64,000 bases of DNA from Octopus sinensis (lineage: Eukaryota): assembly GCF_006345805.1 (NCBI RefSeq), contig NC_042997.1:3038001-3102000 (forward strand), read 5' to 3'. The notes below the pieces were generated by a model. That model saw only the letters and a list, made by a program, of their open reading frames with translations. It was not told where the DNA came from and ran no database searches. A program made the translations under genes and the position numbers. This document shows positions 55,790 to 64,000 of this stretch, one piece after another. The number at the start of each line of letters is the position of its first letter. Within the stretch, counting starts at the first letter, position 1.

Positions 55790-55976
55790 TTGTGTGTCTG
55801 TGTTTGTTCCCCTAGTATTGCTTGACAACCGATGCTGGTGTGTTGACGTCCCAGTCACTTAGCGGTTCGGCAAAAGTAACCGATAGAATAAGTACTGGGC
55901 TTACAAAGAATAAGTCCCGGGGTCGATTTGGTCGACTAAAAAGCGGTGCTCCAGCATGGCCGCAGTCAAATGACTC
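55539..55976 (+). mobile_element. SINE family C, full length, with expanded internal (TA)n
   Basis: A-box tggctgtgtgg, B-box-like gagttcagtacc, CORE-like cttgggcaagtgtctt, internal (TA)n about 85 bp, 3' body. Confidence 0.93.
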
Positions 55977-56054
55977 ACGATATTGTTACAACCAATATCA
56001 AATGTAGTAGTATAAGTATATTCTGAACTGTTATTCAGCAGATTTTAATATGTG

Positions 56055-56265
56055 TTTCAAAATTTGGCACGAGTCAAGCAAATTCGTGGGTGGGGGTTAG
56101 TCACTTTCTTCGACCATAAAACTGGCATTTTTTCTTATCGACCTGGAATATAAGAAAAGTCGACCTCGGCGAATTTTCAACTTAGAACATAAAGACGGTG
56201 AATATGACACAAATCATTTTGCTCGGAATGCTGACGATTCTGCTAGTAATATTTGTCAGCTAAAT
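56055..56265 (-). mobile_element. SINE family A, decayed
   Basis: cttatcgacctggaatataagaaaagtcgacctcggcgaattttcaacttagaacataaagacgg. Confidence 0.75.
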
Positions 56266-57034
56266 TTCTTAGTAATTTACAAGTTAATTATAACATACGC
56301 TATAGTGTAATATTCAAATTAATGAGAACAAAAGACAAATTATCTCAGAAATTATACACTTCGATCTCAAGTAATCGTAATTAGGAAATCTAGTATGTTC
56401 TGATGTTCTTAATGACAATATCTAGGTTAAAATATGGAATATAGTGTATTAATTTACGGAACTGTCATGAAATGTATTAAAATATCATGATATCTTACGC
56501 CATCAGTAATAATTTCAGTTCCATCATTCGCCAGTATCCAGTAAAGATAAGAAAGAAATGAATTGAAATTAAATTACTGCAATTTGAAATGTTTCAAAAT
56601 TTAGCATAATTTATAGGTATTTATTTGAAGAGTGAATACAGAATTGCTACTAAAATGATAAATCTTATCTAAAAGTATTCAATCCCATATAATTCATTAT
56701 TGCGCACAAATAAATAAAGAAATTATAAATATAAGCGAGGAAATTTGTCAATAACTGCTCCAGCGAATATGTACTAGAATATATCAATTCTCACAAAGAA
56801 CGAGATTAGAGGCAATCGATTTGATGCTATTGTCAACGTCAGCAGGAAAGTAGAAATCGTCTCACAACAATAAGATATCAGTAAAAGAAATGAGAAGTAG
56901 TGAATATAAAGATACTTATGAGAAATATTATAGTTTATGAGAAAAGTACGAAAATACGTACCGTATAATAACTAACTACAACTCAAATATCCAACATACA
57001 CAGGGCTGCGAGCTTTTGAGTATTTTGTGTAGTA

Positions 57035-57430
57035 TATTATTTTCTGCTCTAGGCACAAGGCCCGAAATTTTAGGGGAGGGGACCAGACGACTAGATCGAC
57101 CTCAGTACGCAACTTAATTTATTGACCCCGAAAGGATAAAAGGCAAAGTTGGCCTTAGCGGATTTTGAATTCCGAACGTAAAGACAGACGAAATACCTAC
57201 TTTTTACTACCCACAAGGGGCTAAACACAGAGAGGACAAACAAGGAAAGACAACGGATTAAGTCGATTATATCGACCCCAGTGCGTAACAGGTACTTGCT
57301 TAATCGAATCCTAAAGGATGAAAGGCAAAGTCGACCTTAGCGGAATTTGAATTCCGAACGTAAAAACAGTCGAAATAGCGCTAAGTATTTCGCCCGGCGT
57401 ACTAACATTTCTGCTAGCTCGCCGCCTTAG
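57035..57430 (-). mobile_element. SINE family A, full two-module copy
   Basis: Collinear with 700-1064: two ...gaaaggat(g/a)aaaggcaaagt...gcgga...ttgaattccgaacgtaaa modules around the ctacccacaaggggctaaacacagagaggacaaac linker. Confidence 0.92.
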
Positions 57431-57569
57431 TTTGTAAAATATATTATGCATTCAATAATAGTTTAAAAGTGTTAGAGAATCTCTGACAAATTGGATATGC
57501 TTGCAAAACCACATTTCAGTTAACAACTCACAAATATTATGCAAGAAAATATGTGATACATAAATAAGG

Positions 57570-57775
57570 TAATATTGGTTCAAATTTTGGAACAAGGCTA
57601 GCAACTACAGAGTGTTAGTAAGTTGATTACTCTATTACTCAACACATACTTTTCTTTCGATCCCGAAAAGTTAAACGGTTAAGAACATGGCGGTGGACTT
57701 TGATTACAGAGCGTAAAGACGGACGAAATGACAGTGAGGATTTTGGCCGGGGTGCCAACGACACTGCGAGCACGG
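57570..57775 (-). mobile_element. SINE family A, decayed
   Basis: tcgatcccgaaaag...ggcggtggactttgattacagagcgtaaagacggacgaaatg...tttggccggggtgccaacg. Confidence 0.7.
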
Positions 57776-59559
57776 CTCTATAAACAAATATAGCAAAATT
57801 ATATATAATGACGAGACGGGTCTTTGAATTTTGCGTTAAGTATAATAACGATAGTAGTTGAGGAGTATTTCACGTAACAACAATAGAACATGGAAAAGAA
57901 AATTATACGAAACTGAAATTGGGGTTTAATTTAAACAGATATTTTTTTACTGAAAATTACAGACAATGGCAACAGAGAAAATATTAATTATATAGGTTGA
58001 TCTAAACGACTTCTTAATACAACTGGAACAAGTTCACCACCATGCAAAAACAAGCAATACATATATAAACCTGTATATACATGACGAGGTGGTCACAATC
58101 ATTTAAACCACCACTATACAAACTAAAATGTAGATAAATGCAAACTGCACCGGTGTAATAATCAAGAAGGATAAAACAACCTCGGCACTGATCTGTCTCG
58201 CTTTTGACCGAAATCATTTCCGAAAAGAAAGCGTAAAAAAAAGGCTAAATAAGTAAAAGGCAAAAGAAATGAATTTGAACAAATGGCCATAACACCGAAG
58301 TGTAAGTATTGTAAAATTTTGAAATTAAAAACAAACTATGCCATGACTCAATAATCTTACACATAATCCAAAATTGATCTAGTGCTTTTGTTGCTCATAC
58401 ATTATGAATTCCAGGTACATTTTTTTAGGCAACAGAGAACAATGATAATGATGACGATGACCTAAACGTGACGGCAACTCGCATTTCTATAAATGAGCAG
58501 GTACTAAAGTTGCAAGGAAGTAATATGTCCTTAAGTTTAAACTCAAGCCACTAGAGATCCGTGATTAAATTTATTACATAAAGCAAATGCCTCTGCGCAA
58601 CAAAATTTCCCAGACAACATGCATTGGTTGAAATTTAACTAATATTCAGTTTACTCCTTATTATCGACTTTTCTAAGATTCCTGATATCTCTGTAAAACT
58701 TCAATTTCCCTGTGTGCCATTAACATTTCTTTGTATTTTGTATGAACAGACTTTAGTTTCAATTATTTATACTGATCAGCATTTTAATCGAAACTATAAA
58801 ATTATGTTTCATAAGCACCGCGTGGTAAATATGGAGGCGCAATAATAATCGATTATATGGTACCCGATTTCTGATTAGCAGTTTCCTTATCGAGTATGAT
58901 TACCGTGTAATTCGAAATCAGAAGGTAAATTCACGCTACTAATAAGGGAAAACATTTTGTTCGATATTCTGTCAGTTCTTCATTTATGTAGCAAATTTAC
59001 TGGATACGGCTTTGCATCTTTTCGTTCTTAAAGTCATCATTGAATGTTATGCTACCTTTGTAAGACTCTATTCAGTTGGCCCTAATAATTCAAAATTACA
59101 TTCTTATTTCATTTCACATAGCGATAATCCATGCTACATGTTTAAAGAAACAATGATTTGTCCTGTGAAATTTAAGTATACATATCTGCCAGGACACTTT
59201 AAACGGCTCATTGATATTTGGCTGATATACGCATACCATCTCTATACAACCATTCGTGACGCGTAAATTTAGTGAAGCAGAATTATGATCATATCGAAGA
59301 ATACAAATTAGCTTCGTTTGATTGTATCTGATCACATCCTATATTCATTAAATTCACTTGCCCTTAATAATTATTAAATTGATTATATAGTACACATTTT
59401 TGTTTCCATTTAACAGTCTTATAAGCGATATTCTTCGAAGCTTCCAACAAAACAGCACTGGAATTCATTTCTCCGCATTAAATTCTGATGATAGCCATTT
59501 CACATCCTGACATTAATTTCTATTCAAAATCTCGAAAACAGTACCAATGTTTATACTTA

Positions 59560-59610
<51 letters not shown>

Positions 59611-59666
59611 GTTTCTATTTATCTATTTATCATTTATCTGACTATTTATCTATCTAAGTGTATGTT

Positions 59667-59749
<83 letters not shown>

Positions 59750-59815
59750 CGTTTTTGAAGTGATGTAGAACTATTGTATATTGAGAACAACATACTGATT
59801 AGTTTGTTATTCTCA

Positions 59816-59846
<31 letters not shown>

Positions 59847-60639
59847 CGCAATTGCTTTTTGAATTAGTGACTCTTACTGGAAATAGATGTGTGGCTGGCA
59901 TGATAAATTCCTGAACACATCTATAATTTTTTCGTAGGTGAGAATGTAACTTCAGCATCAGAAAATCAAAAACCATTCTTCATTTTAAAAAAATATATAT
60001 TTTCAATACCTACAACAATAACAACATCATGAACATCATGCCCAATATTAATCAAATAACAGTAATAAGTGGAATTCAATATTTCGCATCGTCAGGGAAA
60101 CAGTGAAATTTGATTGAATATAAAATAAGGAACGTTGCCTTACCTTAATCTGTTTTTCCCTATTTATTTTTCTTTTTTTTTTATTAATAGTAATATTCAA
60201 TTTGAAATAAAAGTTATCTTTCAAGAAATGTTCGAAAGGTTATTAATTTTCAGTTCTAGAATAGACGTTGCTCCAAACCTGCTATACTGCGAAAATCAAA
60301 GAAACGGAAAAGCCACGAAATACATAAGTTATATTTACCCTAAAGGCTAATCAATAGAAATAAAAAGCTCTAGTTCGCTATAATTGCTCAAATGATTAAT
60401 ATTATGTATTTCTGTTTCTTTCTTTCTTCCCCCCATTCGTATAATTTTATTTCGAAACGTATTATTATTTGGAGAAATATTCCCACACTCTCGTTTAGCT
60501 ATAATTGAATAGTGTGTGTACGTATAAATCTAAATGTAATATTTTTTTGGCCATTCAGTTTGCCTTAGGTGATGTTTACCACATCAGATAGAACGTCACT
60601 TCTATCACGTTTACGAATGAATATTCATCTATATATCTA

Positions 60640-60712
<73 letters not shown>

Positions 60713-62437
60713 AAAGCATGCCTTTGCACAGCACATTCAAATATATTGAGTTGTCTTAAAAATAGGTCAATAGATGCGATGTTGTGTATTTCCTTGTGCT
60801 TAACAGTGACTAGTTTATTATTTAACCCCCTTTTATTATTGTATTGAAGGTTAATACCGAAAATATACATTTCATTATCAACTAAGAGTTGCTTCTTCAG
60901 ATATTGACAGTTTGTGTAGAAGGATACACAAAATGCACTTCATTTCTTGGCTACTGCTTTTCTATATCGACTGTAACTCTATATCCAATTAATAATCAAT
61001 ATAGTTTGAACTTCCATTGGTGTATGTTCGATTTATCAATAGCCAAGAACTAAATTCCAGTTGTTTCGCAAGTATCTATACAAACTAGAGATAATTCTCC
61101 GTTCTCAGTAGAAAAGATCATATGTTTGCAAATAAAGCATGAAATATAAGCTTAGGTACAATCACGCAAATTTGAGCAACATTCGCAGAATCAACACTGG
61201 ATGTAATGGCGAAGCAAAGGAATATAATTGAAATGCATTTGATATGTATTTCAGAATGAGAATGCTTTTCAGAATGAGAATCGCAGCAGAACTTTAATAC
61301 ATGACCATAAGACAAATTGTTTAAAATTTGGATGTCGTAACTTAATAAGACTAACATAGTCACTTGTAATTATTCTTGTAATTATTTCTATTATTCCATA
61401 TTACTTAGATATACCTCCATCAAAAAAGAATATCTATCTATCCATTATATTGAATCATACACACAAACACGCACGCACACACACTCACACATACACACAA
61501 ACACATATGCACATTTACACGTGCAGTTACGGTGATGAGGTAAAGAATCTTCAAGGAATGCCATGAGCATTCATGTTTACTACCTTTCCACAGTACCATA
61601 AATAATTTTCACTAAAATCCTGGGTCAGCAAAAGATTTTCAAAAGTAATATTGTCTGGCTGATAGACATATGCATATTTATGTATCTATCTGTCTGTCAT
61701 TCTAACTGTCTGTCTGGGTCTCTCTCTCTCTCTCTCTTTATATATATATATATATATATATGAATACCAATATTTATCTGCTTGTCTATGAACCTGTCTC
61801 TCTCAGTATATATGTATATATATTTGTGTGTGTATGTGTTTATGCGTCTGTGTGTCTCTATGTATGTTGTATGTATATATGTGTGTGTTTATAAAATATT
61901 TCCTTTAATGGAGCACAAGAAACATTTGTCACACTAGTAATTTTCTAATACACCATATTGTTTTTTTTTATTGTATAAAGTTTACAATTACAAAATGTTC
62001 ACCGATCATCTAGACCATCGCCTTTCCGATCACTTAAGAAACCTCGTGAATTAGTAATGTTTGTATCGTTCTCCACTGAAGCATTTCTCTCAAGAAGATC
62101 ATATGCACTTCATTCCCCAGGGCCATGTATTATAAAACAGGAGAACGAGATTTACCTCGAAGGAAATAAGAAATAATAAACCGACAATATCGCACAATAC
62201 TTCTGTGTCAGATGTTCTATATTCCATAGTTTCTTTGTTGCTATAGAAGATTTAGGAGTTCATTTTTCTAGAAGTGATTATTAAAATTCCTCCCGTTCTA
62301 TCTATCGATTCACCTCTGCGTATCATTTCTCTATATAGTAGTCTTACTTCCAGTCTCCCAAAAACCACGCACCCACAAATAAACGCACAAAAACAGACAG
62401 ACACACATACGTATACATGCATAAATACATACATACG

Positions 62438-62513
<76 letters not shown>

Positions 62514-62585
62514 ATGACCACGTGTATATCGTTGGCGATTTTCTTTCTCCGTCTTCCCTTCTTTGGACTTTTTCTTTTCATCTCT

Positions 62586-62619
62586 TTTTCTGACGAAGAG
62601 CTCCGCTTGAAACGTAAAA
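62586..62619 (+). ncRNA. Minimal type I hammerhead motif (Penelope-type), copy A
   Basis: UUU-CUGACGA-A-GAGC-UCC-GCUU-GAAA-CG-UA-AAA: intact core, 4-bp stem II, palindromic ACGU stem III, weak 3-bp stem I. Confidence 0.55.
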
Positions 62620-62649
62620 TCCTCTTTCTTTCTTTCCTTTCCCGACCAT

Positions 62650-62972
62650 CCGTTTGAGCTGGTCTTTCAAAGAGAATTTCGGACTTCATCTGGGTCTTGT
62701 TCCGATTGCTAGTTCTCCTTAGAGCATGATTCTTGGGAGAAGAGAGGGCTCCTGATGCAGGACGTGAACTGCCCAGCGGAGACGATGAGAAAGAATGGTG
62801 GCTTTGATTCTTGGTAGGGAGTTGCGGCGAAGAACCTCGTTCTTGGTAACGTGATCTTCCCATTCTATATTGAAGATATATCGTAGCTTCGATTGCTGGA
62901 GGCATTTAAGGCACTTGAAATCACGGCGGTACGTCGTCCAAGGCTCACAAGCGTAGAGTTGACAGGGCAATG
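62650..62972 (-). mobile_element. RTE (BovB-like) LINE ORF2 3' fragment, copy A
   Basis: QLYACEPWTTYRRDFKCL...QQSKLRYIFNIEWEDHVTKNEVLRRNSLPRIKATILSHRLRWAVHVLHQEPSLLPRIML*GELAIGTRP...PKF..KDQLK matches LLYGCETWT.YRRH...LR.IL.I.WQD.VTN.EVL.RA.LPSI...QLRWAGHV...LPK.IL.GEL..G.R. Confidence 0.9.
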
Positions 62973-62978
62973 GCATAT

Positions 62979-63057
<79 letters not shown>

Positions 63058-63129
63058 ATGACCACGTGTATATCGTTGGCGATTTTCTTTCTCCGTCTTC
63101 CCTTCTTTGGACTTTTTCTTTTCATCTCT

Positions 63130-63163
63130 TTTTCTGACGAAGAGCTCCGCTTGAAACGTAAAA
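63130..63163 (+). ncRNA. Minimal type I hammerhead motif, copy B
   Basis: Identical to copy A, 544 nt downstream (CUGACGA at 63134-63140, GAAA at 63153-63156). Confidence 0.55.
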
Positions 63164-63194
63164 TCCTCTTTCTTTCTTTCTTTCCCGACCATCC

Positions 63195-63513
63195 GTTTGA
63201 GCTGGTCTTTCAAGAGAATTTCGGACTTCATCTGGGTCTTGTTCCGATTGCTAGTTCTCCTTAGAGCATGATTCTTGGGAGAAGAGAGGGCTCCTGATGC
63301 AGGACGTGAACTGCCCAGCGGAGACGATGAGAAAGAATGGTGGCTTTGATTCTTGGTAGGGAGTTGCGGCGAAGAACCTCGTTCTTGGTAACGTGATCTT
63401 CCCATTCTATATTGAAGATATATCGTAGCTTCGATTGCTGGAGGCATTTAAGGCACTTGAAATCACGGCGGTACGTCGTCCAAGGCTCACAAGCGTAGAG
63501 TTGACAGGGCAAT

Positions 63514-63518
<5 letters not shown>
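63195..63518 (-). mobile_element. RTE (BovB-like) LINE ORF2 3' fragment, copy B
   Basis: Duplicate of 62650-62972 (ORF track 63261..63518). Confidence 0.9.
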
Positions 63519-63552
<34 letters not shown>

Positions 63553-64000
63553 TACATATATAAAACTGAGAATGTGTGTGTGTCTGTCTGTCTGTGTGCT
63601 TCCCTAAAACTTGAGAACTATACAACCAATTTCATTCAAATTTAACACGTGCCTTACTTAGGGTCCATGTAGTTTCATGGGCAAAAAGAATGTTCAACGT
63701 CTTACTAGAGCGAGCCCATAGCAATATCATATCTTCTCCACAATTTCAGTATTACGTGTTAAAAGTGAAACAAAAACATTTCTATATTTTATGTCAGATA
63801 CTTTAACTTTAACAATAAAATAATTATAACAATTGAATTATATGTAGTAAGTAATAATTAAAATCAAACTAAAGTATAATATAATCGTAACATAACAAAA
63901 GTAAAAATAGCAATTGGTATAAAATTGCATCAATGATTTAAACTTGAATAAGTGGTTTCACATGAATGGGAATAAATTAAAAATAAAATTAGCGTGGAGA

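Larger units (their letters stand above)
62462..63518. repeat. Tandem duplication 3: about 460-bp core plus (TG)n twice, period 544 bp
   Basis: 62513-62975 versus 63057-63518; the only core differences seen are two 1-bp homopolymer indels (ttcctttccc/ttctttccc; ttcaaagag/ttcaagag). (TA)n before, between and after. Confidence 0.95.

Noticed and set aside
62252-63447. 217-aa and 242-aa minus-strand ORFs
   Set aside because: Chimeric read-through of RTE, antisense Penelope terminus and microsatellites; not genes.

Overview
AT-rich eukaryotic non-coding DNA that I infer is cephalopod (Octopus-like), from the SINE families I recognise and the extreme (TA)n/(AAT)n/(TATC)n microsatellite density. 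No intact, recognisable protein-coding gene is present. Nearly all ORFs in the supplied track are microsatellite read-through (YI, II, MM, HH runs) or antisense to decayed transposons. The window holds about 20 tRNA-derived SINE copies from at least 4 families, a mariner transposase remnant, four or five RTE-clade LINE 3' ends and an R4/Dong 3' end ending in (AAT)n. It also has a 5'-intact, ORF1-only L1/Tx1-like element and Penelope-like terminal fragments carrying hammerhead ribozyme motifs. The best leads are a well-folded type I hammerhead at 36635-36686, three near-perfect (TA)n-bracketed tandem duplications (real or assembly artefact; one puts two minimal hammerheads 544 nt apart, retrozyme-like), the ORF1-only LINE, and a frameshifted coding-like stretch at the window start. 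I cannot support a wholly new biological system. All family assignments are by eye and from memory, not from database searches.
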